The translations under genes and the position numbers were made by a program. The notes under the pieces were generated by a model. The model was given only the letters and a program-made list of their open reading frames with translations. It had not been told where the DNA came from and ran no database searches. Shown piece after piece: positions 24,454 to 38,654 of a DNA stretch of 64,000 bases. The stretch covers positions 434,001-498,000 of the forward strand of contig MU006090.1 of the NCBI GenBank assembly GCA_010093705.1, written 5' to 3'. Positions within the stretch are counted from its first letter, which is position 1; each line of letters opens with the position of its first letter. The stretch comes from Patellaria atrata CBS 101060. Lineage: Eukaryota.

Positions 24454-26406
24454 ATGACGGCAATTGGTATTGATTTGGGTACCACATACTCATGTGTGGG
24501 TATCTTTAGGGATGACCGAATTGAAATCATTGCCAATGACCAGGGCAACCGGACCACACCCTCGTTCGTCGCCTTCACAGATACTGAACGTCTCATCGGT
24601 GACTCTGCGAAGAATCAAGTCGCTATGAACCCAATCAACACAGTCTTCGATGCGAAGCGTCTGATCGGTCGGAAGTTCGCGGATGCTGAAGTGCAAGCAG
24701 ATATGAAGCACTTCCCGTTCAAGGTTGTCGACAAGGGCGGCAAGCCAGTCATCGAGGTTGAGTTCAAGGGAGAGACCAAGAACTTCACACCCGAGGAGAT
24801 CTCATCAATGGTTCTTACCAAGATGAGGGAAACTGCAGAATCATACCTTGGTGGCACCGTTAACAACGCTGTCATCACCGTTCCAGCATACTTCAACGAC
24901 TCTCAACGTCAAGCTACCAAAGACGCCGGTCTCATTGCAGGTCTTAACGTCCTTCGTATCATCAACGAACCTACCGCTGCTGCTATCGCTTACGGTCTTG
25001 ATAAGAAGACTACTGGCGAACGCAATGTGCTCATCTTCGATCTCGGTGGTGGTACTTTCGATGTCTCCCTTTTGACCATTGAGGAAGGTATTTTCGAGGT
25101 CAAGTCCACCGCTGGTGATACTCATCTTGGTGGTGAAGACTTCGACAACCGTCTTGTAAACCACTTCGTCAACGAATTCAAGCGCAAGCACAAGAAGGAT
25201 CTCACAACCAACGCTCGTGCTCTCCGTCGTCTCCGCACTGCTTGCGAACGTGCTAAGCGCACCCTTTCCTCATCCGCTCAAACATCCATTGAGATCGACT
25301 CCCTCTATGAAGGTATCGATTTCTACACATCCATCACCCGTGCTCGTTTTGAGGAGCTCTGCCAGGATCTCTTCCGTTCCACTATGGAACCCGTCGAGCG
25401 TGTCCTTCGTGATGCAAAGATCGACAAGGCATCAGTCCACGAGATCGTCCTCGTCGGTGGCTCTACCCGTATTCCCAAGATCCAAAAGATGGTCTCCGAC
25501 TTCTTCAACGGCAAGGAACCCAACAAGTCCATCAATCCCGACGAGGCTGTTGCATACGGTGCTGCTGTCCAAGCTGCTATCCTCAGCGGTGATACCAGCT
25601 CCAAGTCCACCAATGAGATTCTTCTACTCGACGTTTCGCCGCTTTCCCTCGGTATCGAAACTGCTGGTGGTGTCATGACCGCCCTCATTAAGCGCAACAC
25701 TACCATTCCTACCAAGAAGTCAGAGGTCTTCTCCACATTCTCCGACAACCAACCAGGTGTGCTCATTCAAGTCTTCGAAGGTGAGCGTGCCCGCACCAAG
25801 GACAACAACCTGCTTGGTAAGTTCGAGCTTACCGGTATTCCCCCTGCACCACGTGGTGTTCCACAAATTGAAGTCACCTTCGATGTTGACGCCAATGGTA
25901 TCATGAACGTCTCAGCTCTTGAGAAGGGTACCGGCAAGACGAACAAGATTGTTATTACTAACGACAAGGGTCGTCTATCCAAGGAGGAGATCGAGCGCAT
26001 GTTAGCTGAGGCTGAGAAGTACAAGGCTGAAGATGAGGCCGAAGCATCAAGAATCTCCGCCAAGAACGCTCTTGAGAGCTACGCCTACTCACTCCGCAAC
26101 ACTCTCTCCGACTCCAAGGTTGATGAGAAGCTCGATGCTGGTGATAAGGAGAAACTCAAGACTGAGATCGACAAGACTGTCTCATGGCTTGACGACAACC
26201 AGACTGCCACCAAGGATGAGTATGAAGACCAACAGAAGGCTCTCGAGGCTGTTGCCAACCCCATCATGATGAAGTTCTACGGTGCCGGTGGTGAGGGTGG
26301 TATGCCCGGCGGTATGCCCGGCGGTGGCTTCCCTGGTGCCGGTGGTCCAGGTGGCGCTCCCGGTGCTGGTCATGATGACGGTCCGACCGTTGAGGAGGTC
26401 GACTAA
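24454..26406 (+). CDS. HSP70: Cytosolic Hsp70 (SSA type), intronless
   Basis: [38 protein letters not shown] repeats and C-terminal GPTVEEVD; strong codon bias. Confidence 0.99.
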   Translation: MTAIGIDLGTTYSCVGIFRDDRIEIIANDQGNRTTPSFVAFTDTERLIGDSAKNQVAMNPINTVFDAKRLIGRKFADAEVQADMKHFPFKVVDKGGKPVIEVEFKGETKNFTPEEISSMVLTKMRETAESYLGGTVNNAVITVPAYFNDSQRQATKDAGLIAGLNVLRIINEPTAAAIAYGLDKKTTGERNVLIFDLGGGTFDVSLLTIEEGIFEVKSTAGDTHLGGEDFDNRLVNHFVNEFKRKHKKDLTTNARALRRLRTACERAKRTLSSSAQTSIEIDSLYEGIDFYTSITRARFEELCQDLFRSTMEPVERVLRDAKIDKASVHEIVLVGGSTRIPKIQKMVSDFFNGKEPNKSINPDEAVAYGAAVQAAILSGDTSSKSTNEILLLDVSPLSLGIETAGGVMTALIKRNTTIPTKKSEVFSTFSDNQPGVLIQVFEGERARTKDNNLLGKFELTGIPPAPRGVPQIEVTFDVDANGIMNVSALEKGTGKTNKIVITNDKGRLSKEEIERMLAEAEKYKAEDEAEASRISAKNALESYAYSLRNTLSDSKVDEKLDAGDKEKLKTEIDKTVSWLDDNQTATKDEYEDQQKALEAVANPIMMKFYGAGGEGGMPGGMPGGGFPGAGGPGGAPGAGHDDGPTVEEVD

Positions 26407-27013
26407 GCGACTTACAGCTTGTTGTTTCTTAGGGTTTCTTCTAGCATAGATTCCAAGTTCTGATGTGCGATTGGGCGGGATTGGAGTTCTGATGGTTTCA
26501 ACTGTAGAGGCCGGCTTCTGTTTTCTTGCGATGTTGCATCTGATTTTTCACTGCCTACCATTGGGAATGGCTTTTACGAATCATGATAAAATGGTGGATT
26601 CATGGGTTGCATGTAATTAAAAGCTCCGGAAGAGAGCGGTGCAATGCGAATTTCAAGTTCAAAATAATCTTTGTGCGTTGCGTGAGTAACTTTGTTATTG
26701 TCGATTGATTGAAAGAAACAACCGAAGGAACTCATGGATTGGTTGATTGATCGTTCGCATTGATGTAGTCTTGAGCAATATCTTAGGGATAAATCGTACA
26801 AGTACCCTACATCGTCCCCTAAGTTTGAAGTTCTAAATTGGTATATACAATCCACTGTATCAACTTTATACATCCCTGTTCGATTCTGATCCATACTGCA
26901 CACACAGACGATGTGCTTACGACCTTGATCATGAACGATTCCTACCCTTATCTTAGGGCGTTAAAGACCACATTGGCTCTCATACTATTCCAAATTTCAC
27001 ATCTCCAACACCA

Positions 27014-27790
27014 TCACCTAAGCTCCCCTTTATCCATCTGCTCCATCACCGTCATGACATCCTCCACAGTCCGTTCCCCCAAGCCCTCCCTCCCTAAAGC
27101 CTCCCTAACCGCGCCCGTACCCTCCGCCCCAACCTCCTTAACCACCCTCCCCACCACCACCCCATCTAGATCCGGATCCCTCGCAAAAGCGCCCTCCATC
27201 CTCTCCCGTCTCGGCTCCCATACATCCTCGCTCGTGGCCCCCATCCTCATCCTCGCGGCCTTCTTCCGGTAATGGTCTCGTATCAGTGCCGCCTTTTCGT
27301 GCTCCGGGAGCGACTTAGTCCGCATGCAGAACCAGAAGTCGGACCAGTGCTCCGAGCAGGAGCGAAAGGAGCCGTGCCGGTAGACGGAAGCGAATTGGCC
27401 GCCGAGGGATTGGCAGTGGTAAGCGTTGTCGAAGAGGTTGCGGCAGGAGAGGGTGGTGGGGTAGAGGGACGATTCGTAGGCGGGGTTCGTGGTGGAGGAG
27501 GATGGGGAGAGGAGAGAGGTTTTGATGTCGGAGGCGGATGTGAGACCGGTTCGGGAGGAGGCTTTGGGGGATTTGGAGGGCGTGGTTAGAGAGTCGAGGA
27601 AGGCTTGGAGTTCGGCGTCGGCGATTTCGTCGCGGGTGAGGGGTTTGCTTGAGGGAGCAGGTGGGGGAGTGGGTTTGTCGTTCACATCGTGGGTGTAGGA
27701 AGGGATCTCGGATGGGATCGGTTGCGGTTCTGAGGGAGAGGAGGAGTTTTGAGTGGGAGTTTGGGGGTCGGAGGACCACCACCATCCCAT
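27014..27790 (-). CDS. EMI1: EMI1/DUF3128-like twin CX9C protein
   Basis: MGWWW start; CRNLFDNAYHC and CSEHWSDFWFC (twin CX9C); SLGGQF..VYRHG; SEDVW. Confidence 0.82.
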   Translation of the reverse strand: MGWWWSSDPQTPTQNSSSPSEPQPIPSEIPSYTHDVNDKPTPPPAPSSKPLTRDEIADAELQAFLDSLTTPSKSPKASSRTGLTSASDIKTSLLSPSSSTTNPAYESSLYPTTLSCRNLFDNAYHCQSLGGQFASVYRHGSFRSCSEHWSDFWFCMRTKSLPEHEKAALIRDHYRKKAARMRMGATSEDVWEPRRERMEGAFARDPDLDGVVVGRVVKEVGAEGTGAVREALGREGLGERTVEDVMTVMEQMDKGELR

Positions 27791-28553
27791 GGCTAAGGTT
27801 TAGGAAGTTTCGGATATCTGAAGTGCGAGTTGAAAGGGAGATAACTGTTGCTAAAATGGATGTACTCTGAATGTGCTGGAGATGGGAACTGACGAGACGG
27901 GAATATTTCAGCGCTACCGCCTAACTGCTCTTCACAAATTTCACTTCCACCACCTCACATAAAAGAAAATGATGCCGCACATCAATCCTTAAGAATTCTA
28001 AAGGAGATTCTAGATAACTATATCAATTTCATCTTTTATTAGCCGTCAAGTAAGGACCAAAACAAATCTTGCCCTTTCAATCGACAAATTTACAAGGATT
28101 ATTTATGCCAAGATTTCGTTCATAGCTGTCACCTACAGGTCAACCTCTAGTCGAGGGATGCGGGTTGGTTGCGTCACATCCTGCACGTTTTTCTTTTCCA
28201 GTTGATCGTCATCTCCTTCTCGTCTCAACACGTCTTCCTACAATCCTCTGTTGCCTTACACCTTCGACACGTGAGATATTTTGATTTCCTACTTCCTTAA
28301 AGTCTCTCCCTAGCACTTTAACATTCTTATTTGCTTAAACTCTCCCTAACAGCATAGCGTGGCATGTGGGGTTGTGTTTGGCCTTTCCTTACCCTTGCAG
28401 GATCCTTCCCCTCCTCGAAGATACCCATATGACGATTTACAGTTGAGTTTTACGAACTGATGATACACTCCACCGAACCTTGACCTCTATACCCACCGAC
28501 CTAACCTCATCACCTACCTATCCAGACCAGGATAACGGTTACATTCCGCCACT

Positions 28554-31500
28554 ATGCTCGAGGGACTCGTTGCAAACCTGCTGAACAGGTTCTTGGGCAT
28601 GTATGTCCAGAACTTTGACCCAAAGCAGCTCAACGTTGGCATATGGTCGGGAGATGTTAAACTTCGAAACCTAGAGCTGCGAAGGGAGGCACTTGACCAG
28701 CTCAAACTCCCCTTGAACGTCGTTCATGGCCATCTTGGCAGCCTCACAATGTCAATACCGTGGTCAAATTTACGCGGCAAACCAGTAAGAGTAAATATTG
28801 AAGATGTGTTTCTCCTAGCTGCGCCTAAAGAAGATGCAGAATATAATGCAGAAGAAGAGGAGAAGAGGGCGCATAACCTAAAGATGGAGAAGCTCGATAG
28901 TGCAGAGCTTTTGAAAGAGAGGAATACTGAAGGTATGAGCATGGAAGAACAAAAGAAGAACCAGAGCTTCGTCGCAAGCTTGACCGCTGCAATCGTGGAC
29001 AATGTTCAAGTCAGTGTAAAGAACATTCACATCCGATATGAGGACTCGATATCAGATCCGGGTCACCCATTCTCCTTAGGTTTTACGCTTGAGGAGTTCA
29101 GTGCTGTAAGTACAGATGAGAACTGGAAACCTACGTTCATCCAGGGTGGTGCGCAATCCTCCCACAAACTTGCTACGTTAGGTTCCCTTGCCGTGTATTG
29201 GAACACAGATACGAAGCTCCTTGGGACTGGCAAAGGGACGCAGTCTAGAGACCATCAGGGCGTAGACCGGTCTGAGTTCATTGATAAACTAAAGAGCATG
29301 ATTGCTCGAGGTGACTCCTCCGAGGAAGCAGCTAAACATCAGTTCGTCCTCAAGCCCGTTAGCGGCCGAGCGGGGCTCGAGATGGATAAGACTGGAAAAG
29401 CCGATCGGCCTAAGGTCAAGGCTCGGTTGTTATTTGATGAACTTGGTTTCATCATTGACGAAGATCAGTATCGGGATGCTCTCATGCTGATCGACCTCTT
29501 CCATTACTTCATCCGCCACCAGGAGTACAAGAAATTTCAACCTAAGTCAAGACCTACAGAGGATCCACGGGCTTGGCTACAGTTTGCAGGAACGGCTGTT
29601 TTAGAAAGGATCCACGATCGTAACAAGATATGGAGCTGGGCCTACTTCAAAGAACGACGCGATGACCGCATTGCCTATATTAGTCTCTTCAAGAAGAAGA
29701 AGAAAGACGAGAAGCTAACACCAGAAGAATTAGAGCAACTGGATAAGTTAGAACGTAAACTAACCTATGAAGATCTACGCTTCTGGCGATCGCTCGCAAG
29801 AAACCAACTTCGAAAGGAGAACGTTGGCGTCATCAAGAAGCAAGAGCCACAGAAGCAGACGTGGTCCCAATGGGTTTGGGGTGGCGGCAAGAAGCAAGAG
29901 CAGCAGCACACAGAAGACGACAGCCAAATGTCTGAACAACAGCGCAAAGAACTGTACAATGCTATTGACTGGGACGAGAAGAAGACCCTTGCCGAGGCTA
30001 TTGATATGCCCAAGGAATATGTAAAGATGCAAGTGGAGATGAGCCTTCGAACAGGTGGGTTTACTCTAAAGCGTGATCCGCATGGTAAGGGTACAGAAAT
30101 TCTTCGACTCCTATTCGATTCGTTCAGTACGAAGGTTTTCCAGAGAACAGATTCAATGTTAGCGGAAGTGAGTCTTGATGGCATGAGGTTGTACGATGGG
30201 ACTACTGAGGGTAATCTATTCCCTCAGATTATCACCATCAAGGATGCCCGGCCGGTCTCTGACGAAAATCGCATCGAGGAACTCAACGATGATGAGACTC
30301 CAAAACAGCTAGATGGTGCGACGAATGACGAAAATGAGGAGCCATTTTTCCAACTCTCGTTCGAGAATAACCCCCTAGATGGCAGTGCGGATACAGCATT
30401 GACTATGAAGCTGAAAGCAATGGAAATCGTTTATAACCCGAAGTTCCTAGTAGAAGTCGCAAAATTCTTCAAGCCACCGGAAAGACATATGGAATCTATT
30501 GCTGCTTTGATGGAAACTGCAGGCGAAACTGTAGAGGATATTCGAAAACAGACCCGTGCGGGTTTGGAATTTGCACTTGAAGAGCATAAGACCATAAACG
30601 CTCAGCTTGATCTGCAAGCTCCTCTTATCATCGTTCCTGATTCTGTAACAGAGAAGAGCAGTATTTGCCTGATAGTGGACGCTGGCCACATAAGTGTTAG
30701 CAGCGAACTGGTCGACAAGGATACTATGAAGAACATTCAGTCGAAACAGAAGCAACAGTACACAGAGCAAGACTTCAAACGACTCGAGAGCCTTATGTAT
30801 GACAAGTTCCTGTTGAAGCTAGATTCCACTCAGGTCCTAATCGGCAATTCTATCGAAGAGACCAGAGCTCAACTGGAAGATAAATCCTCCAAGCAGAACC
30901 TTCATCTCATTGACCGTATCAATATGGACTTCACAGTGGAAATATGTATCGTACCTAAAGGTACTGATCTCACCAAGTTCAAGGTTGTTGGTAATCTGCC
31001 TGTATTGCATGCGTCAGTCTCAGACTCAAAGTACAAGAAGCTCATGAAACTTATCGATGTTGCAATACCGAAGTTCGATAAGGATGAGAAAGAGACGAAG
31101 GAAATAGCTTATGGCGCCTCTGGACCATCTAATTTCAAACCAACTAAGAGCCAAGATGACCCCATAGGTAGACAGCGAGGCAAATCTTTCCAGTTTTCCG
31201 CACAAGATCATGAGCTTGTCATGGAAGAAGATAGCGATGACACCAAAAGCGATGATTATAAAAAGGCATCTCAGCCCAAGCAGAAACCAGATGTCAACCT
31301 CCGTCAACGGAATTTCGAGTTCAAATTTACCGCAGACAAACTACTTGGGTCGTTATACAAGTCTGACCCTGAAGGCAAGAAAGAAGATGAGCTTCTTGTT
31401 GAGCTCGTTGCTGAGCGATTTGGTCTCGACTTCTATCAGGAGCCTTTCAATATGGTTGCTGAAGTTCGACTTAGCTCTCTAGCAGTTGAGGACCATGTAG

Positions 31501-34500
31501 ATGAAGACCCCTTACCAGAATTCAAAAACCTCATTTCTTCAGAGGATACTGATGGCACATCTCAAAAGGACTTATTCTCACTCGAATTTGTCAAGGTCAA
31601 CAAAGATTCGCCTGAATTCATGACTAAATATGAGGGTATTGGGACCAACCTTGACGTCTCTGTATCTACCATCAATGTAATCGTAACAAGGAAGACTCTG
31701 CTCACCCTTCTTGACTTTGTCCTTCTGACTTTCACCAATTCTGAAACTCAGCAGCAACAGAAGCAGATTGAATCAAAATCCAAGGACGAGAATGATACTA
31801 CAGAAGTAGCTCCGCCGCCAACCCAGGATCCGGATAAGATCAGGATCAAAACGAATCTTAAGAGAATCGCTATTATTCTTAATAATGACGGAATTCGCCT
31901 TGCAACTTTGAGTTTGAACACGGCAGATGTTGCGGTTTTTGTGATGGGCCCCACCTTAAGAGTTGGTGCCAGATTAGGCAATCTCTCCTTGATCGATGAT
32001 GTGAATCAAGGTGTATCTGAGGAATCATCCCTACGGCAACTTCTTGCGATCGAAGGAGATGAGCTTGGAGACTTCAAATATGAGACCTACGATCCGCAGT
32101 CGGATGTATATCCCGGTTACGATACTTCTATATACCTGCGCGCAGCCTCTATCAAAGTAAATTTTATCACTGAACCGTTCAGGAAGATTATGGAGTTCGG
32201 TGTAAAGTTCGGTAAGATGCAAGCTATTTTCAACGCTGCTCGCCAGGCTGCGGCAAACCAAGCGAACCAGATACAGCAAAGGGCGAACAAGATGCACTTT
32301 GATATCCTAGTGAATACCCCAATCGTGGTGTTCCCCCGCATGGTCATTAGCGATAAGCCGGGTCGGGACCTGCTCACTGCTTACTTAGGAGAGATATACG
32401 CGAAGAATGAGTTCGTTGCGTTGGACGATTCGGAGCAGTCTGACATTGCCAACAAGATCATCGCTGGTATCAGGAACGTCCGGATGACCTCGAATCTACA
32501 TTATGAAGACGATAAATCGGAGGTGCTGGAGCTCATTGATAAAGTTGACATTGATTTCAAGATTACCATGGTTGATCACAAAGTAGAGTACAAACGCCCT
32601 GATCTGGAGATTGAAGGTTCAATGTCAGACATCCATCTGAGAATCACACAAGAGCAGATGCAGTTCGGACTAGAACTAGCTAGGTCCATCCCTGCGGCTT
32701 TTGCCATACAGGCAGACGAGGATGTCCAAGAAGATGTAGAACAAGAGCTGCCTGAATCTGTGGTAGAGCCAGCGAAAGAAGTCTCGGATGAAGAGAGCAT
32801 TGCCGAAGCTGAGGTGACCACCACGAGTCAGAACCCAGAACTAGGCGTAGGTGAGGAAAAGTGGACCAAGCTAGACCTAGTCTTCAAAGTGGGCTCCATC
32901 GGACTGGAACTGATCAAGGCAAAGGAAGACCAACCAGTTGGGGACCTTGAAGCTGCCAGCTTATCCAAATTCGCCCTCAACCAGACCAGCGTGAAGCTTC
33001 GCATGATCAGTGACGGTGCTCTAGAGTCTGAAGTCCTAATACAATCTTTCACTATCAAAGACAGCAGGACTCATGAAACGAACAAGTTCAGGAAGATCAT
33101 GTCTTTGATAAACAATGATGTTAAACAGCAGTTCATGGCTAGCGTTTCAATTTCTGGTAGTAAAGAGAGGAACCTCGTTGCCATTTTAACGATTGACAGT
33201 CCTAGAATTATCCTCGCTTTAGATTATTTGTTCGCTATCCAGCAGTTCGTCACTTCTGGCCTTGCTGTAGAAGAGCCTTTGGTGATCGAGGATGAGACTG
33301 AAGACGACGCTCTAACAGATCCGGATACTGCGAGTACTCATTCCAATACTGTTGCTAAGGTCACTGAAGACACAGATGAGAAACCAGTTGAAAACTCCGG
33401 CATGAGTATATCATTCCGCGTCAATGTGGTTGATGCACAGATCATTCTCATCGCAAATCCTGCCATCACTAACTCTGAGGCCATAGTATTGGGTACTAAA
33501 CAGGTGCTCGTTACCAAACAGCAAGCAATGACACTTCAAGTTGACAAAGTTGGGATGTTCCTTTGCCGAATGGATCATTTCGAGACGAATAGACTTCGTA
33601 TCCTGGATGATTTCAGCATTCAGACATCACTCGACATTCGCAACCAGGGCAAGGACTCTTCTCTCACAAGCATAAACGTTAATATTGAGCCGCTTGTGCT
33701 ACGCCTTTCGCTGAGAGATATCCTACTTGCAATGCAGATCTTCAATCGTGCCTCCGCAATGAACAGTGATGATAATAAACAACTCAAGGATCAGGAGCCC
33801 GAAAAGTTGAAGCAGATCAAGGGAACATCTAAAGTACCTACAAAACAGAGAGGAACGTCAACCGCACGGAAGTCCGCGAAGTCGATCAGAACTAAGAACA
33901 CTTCCACACGTAATCAAAGCACGGCAGTGGATCATCCCGGCTCTACTACGCTCAAGCGTGAGGAGATGAAAATTCAGCTTGAGGGTATCCGTGTGGTTCT
34001 TATTGGTGATCTTCACGAACTTCCAATTTTAGACTGGAGCGTGAAGGAATTCGATATTGACGTTCGGGATTGGTCTGGAGCAATGACTGCTGACACCAAT
34101 ATTGATACATTCTTCAATGTCTACAATTTCTCGAAGTCCGCATGGGAGCCACTCGTTGAACCTTGGCAATTAGGTTTCCACTTGTCTAAAGAGCAACACC
34201 CTGAGAGGATGTCTGTGGATCTGTACTCACGGAAAGCTCTAGAACTCACACTCACCTCTGCTACGATTGCCTTGGCGTCAAAATCCGCCCAGTTCCTATC
34301 CACTGATGAAGATATTCTATCGAAACCTCGAGGCACGGATGCTCCGTATAGAGTGCGAAATTATACTGGGTTCGACATTGATATTTGGGCAGCAGAGACT
34401 CGTAATGATGATGATGGTGCTGCCGCCAAGCTCACAGATGGAGAAGAAGCTCCCTGGCGATTTGAAGACCCTTCCACCACTAGAGAAACTCTTTCACCTG

Positions 34501-37500
34501 AGGGAGCAAGCGGCATTGTGGGGATTAGATTGCAGGGTAGTGGCTTTGACAGTGTTGAGAGAATACCTGTCACTCGTGAGGGAGAGGTCCTCTACGACCT
34601 GCGTCCACGCCAAGACAAAGTACTGCATCGCTTGTTGGTTGAAGTTACGCTTGGAGGTGATAATGTGAAGTACATCACTTTCCGCTCACCTCTACTTGTC
34701 GAGAATAAGACCCAGATACCAGTTGAGATTGGTGTTTTCAGCCCAGAGGAAGGGCATCTTCTCAAGATCGAAAAGATAGCACCAGGCGACGCGAGACCTG
34801 CACCAGTTGGTGCTGCTTTTATGCACTCGCTTATTGTCCGCCCAGATCAAGGTTTTGGATACACTTGGTCTGATCAAAGGCTGTTCTGGAAAGATTTGCT
34901 GAAAAAGCCTACGAGGACTATCATGTGCCGTGGCGAACAGGATCAACAGGCCCCTCCGTTCTACTTCCAAATGCATGCCGCTTTCGACAAGAAGAACTCA
35001 TTGACAGGGCAAGAGAACCCATTATCTCCTACCAGATATAGCTAACTATCTACTAGTGTTTACCCCTATATGCGCATACGTCTACATGCTCCGATTGAGG
35101 TGCAGAATCTACTTCCCTTCGATTTCAAGTACAGGATCTACGACGAGGACACGAAAAAGGACTGGACGAACTTCTTGCGCAAAGGAGGCGTCAGTCCCGT
35201 TCATGTAGTTGAGCTATCTCATCTTCTCTTATTGAGCGTAGATCTCCAGGATACTCCATTCAAGCCAAGCAAGTTCGCCGTCGTCAATTCAAATGACCGC
35301 GACAATTTCAAAAGAGAACGGACGCTGGAGATCAAAGATGACCAGGATCTCGCCTTGCGACTAAAGCTCCACTTCTTGTAAGTTTATCTCTGCTTATATA
35401 ATTCATCTTAGGCGCATACTAACAGATACAGGAATATACCCGATAGTGGCGGTGCGTTCAAGGTCACTGTTTATAGTCCCTATGTCGTCTTAAATCGAAC
35501 TGGAATAGAACTGGACGTTCGAAGTAAACAGTTCCTTGGCTCTACTAAAGCGGCCGCGGGTCAAAGTGTATTTGGAGGTCACGGTGACACCCGGAAACCA
35601 CTACCCTTTATGTTCAATTTTCCCACCGATGATCGCAAGAATCGTGCTCTTATCAAAGTTGGGGATTCGGGTTGGAGCAAACCGCAGAGCTTAGATGCCC
35701 TCGGAAGCAACTATGATGTCACGCTACCTTCATCATCAGGTCGATCTGAGATGCATATTGGTGTGACGGTCGATGAGGGAGAGGGCAAGTATAAACTGAC
35801 CAAAGTTGTCACGATCGCACCTAGATTCGTGGTTAAGAATAAACTCGGCGAGGAGATCAATATTCGGGAACCAGGATCTAGTGAAGTTATGTCACTAAAG
35901 AATGGCGATTTGCTGCCTTTAAGGTTTTTGAAGCAGAGCTCTGGACATCAACAGATATGTCTATGTTTCCCCGGCATGAACAACCAATGGTCCTCGCCAT
36001 TCAACATTTCTAATGTTGGCCCCCTTCATGTTAAACTTTCGAAAGCTGGCCAACGCCAAAAACTCGTGCGGGTCGACATTCTCATGGAAGATGCTACGCT
36101 TTTCATACATTGCAGCATTGAAACGAAGCATTGGCCCTTCTCGATGCGTAACGAAAGCGACACGGAATTCGTCTTTTTCCAAACAAACCCTAACCTAGAC
36201 GAAGACGAGGAGGACAGAACCTCTGGTTGGCGACCGATCAGGTATAGACTTCCGCCTCGGAGTATAATGCCGTACGCTTGGGATTATCCAGCCGCAAAGA
36301 GTAAAGAGGTGGTGTTAGTGGCCAACAACAAGGAGAGACACGTCAAACTGGCAGAAATCGGCAATCTGATACCAATGAAGCTACCACCAGTCCAAGGGGG
36401 ATCGCGTCAAAAAATCATTGACCTTAACGTAGTTGCTGATGGACCAACGCAGACTCTCGTTCTATCGAACTACAAGCCGTCTAAGAGTATCTACAAACAG
36501 AAATCTCCATCGAGAGCATCCGCATCTTCTTCCACTGTCTTTGAGGTTAAGGAGCAAGATATGGACACGACATTCCAAGCGCAGATCCGGTTTGCAGGCA
36601 TTGGGCTATCTCTAATCAACAGGCAGCTGAAGGAACTGATATACCTCACATTACGGGATATTGAGTTTAAATATAGCGACTCCCCATTATATCAGACCGT
36701 GAATGCGTCAATAAAATGGATACAAATCGACAACCAGCTCTATGGAGGCATCTTCCCGATTATTTTCTACCCTAGTGTTGTCCCCAAAACCGGTAAACAA
36801 TTGGAGGCTCATCCTATATTCAAAGCGATGGTGACCAGGGTCAAAGACGACTCATACGGAGTCCTTTACATCAAATACTTCACTTTCCTAATGCAACAGA
36901 TGACCATAGAGATCGACGAAGATTTCATATTTGCGTTGCTTGACTTTACCAAAGTACCCGGCGCCTCATGGTCAGAAGAGGTGGAAGGCAAGCTTTGGGA
37001 TGAGGAGCTCGATATTCCCGAACCTAAACAGGAACAATCCAGTCAAGATATCTACTTCGAGACTCTGCATCTTCAACCTATGCAGTTCGATCTCTCATTC
37101 GTCCGTACCGAGCGTATCAATGCCGAAGATACCATGACTATCCACAATCCATTCATGTTTGCCGTTAACGTGTTGACAATGTCCATCGGTAATGTGAACG
37201 ATGCGCCAATCAAATACAACGCTCTGGTACTCGAGAATGCTCGCGTCTCCATGAATGCGCTCTTGGCCAGCATAAAGAGCCATTACGTGCAAGAGTCCGT
37301 GAACCAAATACATGTCATCATCGGATCTGCCGACTTCCTCGGTAACCCAGTTGGTCTCTTCAACAACATCAGCTCCGGCGTCGCAGACATCTTCTACGAA
37401 CCCTACCAAGGTCTCGTCACCGAAAGACCCCAAGATCTCGGTCTCGGCATCGCAAAGGGTGCCTCCTCTTTTGTCAAGAAATCCGTTTTCGGCTTCTCAG

Positions 37501-38261
37501 ACTCTATGGCTAAGTTCACCGGCTCAATGTCCAAGGGCCTCGCCGCTGCCACCATGGACAAGGAGTTCCAGAACAAGCGTCGTATGAACCGCGCTCGCAA
37601 CCGGCCTAAACATGCTCTTTACGGCATCACATCCGGCGGCAACGCCTTCGCAGAGAGTTTAGCCAGCGGTATCGGCGGATTAGCTCGCCATCCACTCCAA
37701 GGTGCTGAAAAGGAGGGTGCCGCCGGCTTCGTCAAGGGAGTCGGTAAGGGTCTCCTAGGTATCCCGACCAAAGCAGCAATCGGCGCCTTCGACCTCGCAT
37801 CCAACATGGCCGAGGGCGTCCGCAACACCACGACCGTCTTCGACCAAGAAGGCCTCGATCGCGTCCGTCTAACGCGCTTCATCGGCCAAGACGGCGTCGT
37901 GCGCCCTTACTCGCAACGCGAGGCGCTCGGGCAGTTCTGGCTCAAGACCCTCGACTCTGGCAAGCACTTCGACGAGGAGTACATCGCGCACCTGGAGCTG
38001 CAGGGGAAAGACATGCTGATCCTGCTGACGTATAATAGTATCTTGCTGGTTAAGACGAAGAGGCTGCAGACGGAGTGGGAGGTCAAGCTCAAGGATATAC
38101 AGACGATCAGTAAGGAGCGTACGGGACTGAGTGTCGTGTTGAAAGGGGGTGTAAATGGCCCGTTCGTTCCCGTTGCGGATGAGCAGAGTAGGAATTGGTT
38201 TTATAGGCAGGTTGCTGTGGCTGTTAATGCGTTTAATGAGAGGTGGAGTGCTAAGGGGTGA
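28554..38261 (+). CDS. VPS13: VPS13 bridge-like lipid transfer protein; exons 28554-35008, 35057-35377, 35432-38261
   Basis: Chorein N-terminus MLEGLVANLLNRFLGMYV..QLNVGIWSGDV..IPWSNL; VAB/SHR repeats; WIQIDNQLYGG; GSADFLGNPVGLF; C-terminal ATG2_C/PH-like region. Two short introns restore the frame (VYPYMRIRL; LHFLNIPDSGGAFKV). Confidence 0.97.
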
Positions 38262-38654
38262 TTTTGGGATGGAAGGTTTGGGTAATTATGGGGGAGTGGG
38301 GCCGGAATGATATATGATTATGACTTTCTTCTTTCTTGTATATCTTTCTTAAGGGCGGGTTATTCTTCCCTTGTAGCATTGATGACGGCGGCAGATTGAT
38401 ATCATATATGTTGCATTCGTGTTATTACCGGAATCACAGCTTGCCGCATCACCTCGGATAAAGTGACTCGGATTCTAAGGAGTACGCTCTATTCCATGCA
38501 CCTGAATCATAGCATAGCCATCCCCACTTGTTTCAACCGTATTGTACAAGTATACCGGGTAGCCCTTCCCAACACCTCATCCTCACAACTCGTCAAGTCG
38601 ACTATTCTCGTGTCAACAAAAAACCCCTTTCCCCAGAACAAACCGAACCCCCAA

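Noticed and set aside
24490..26373. Many antisense and alternative-frame ORFs over HSP70 (also over VPS13, EMI1 and DSC2)
   Set aside because: Shadow ORFs produced by codon bias of the real genes; no recognisable motifs.
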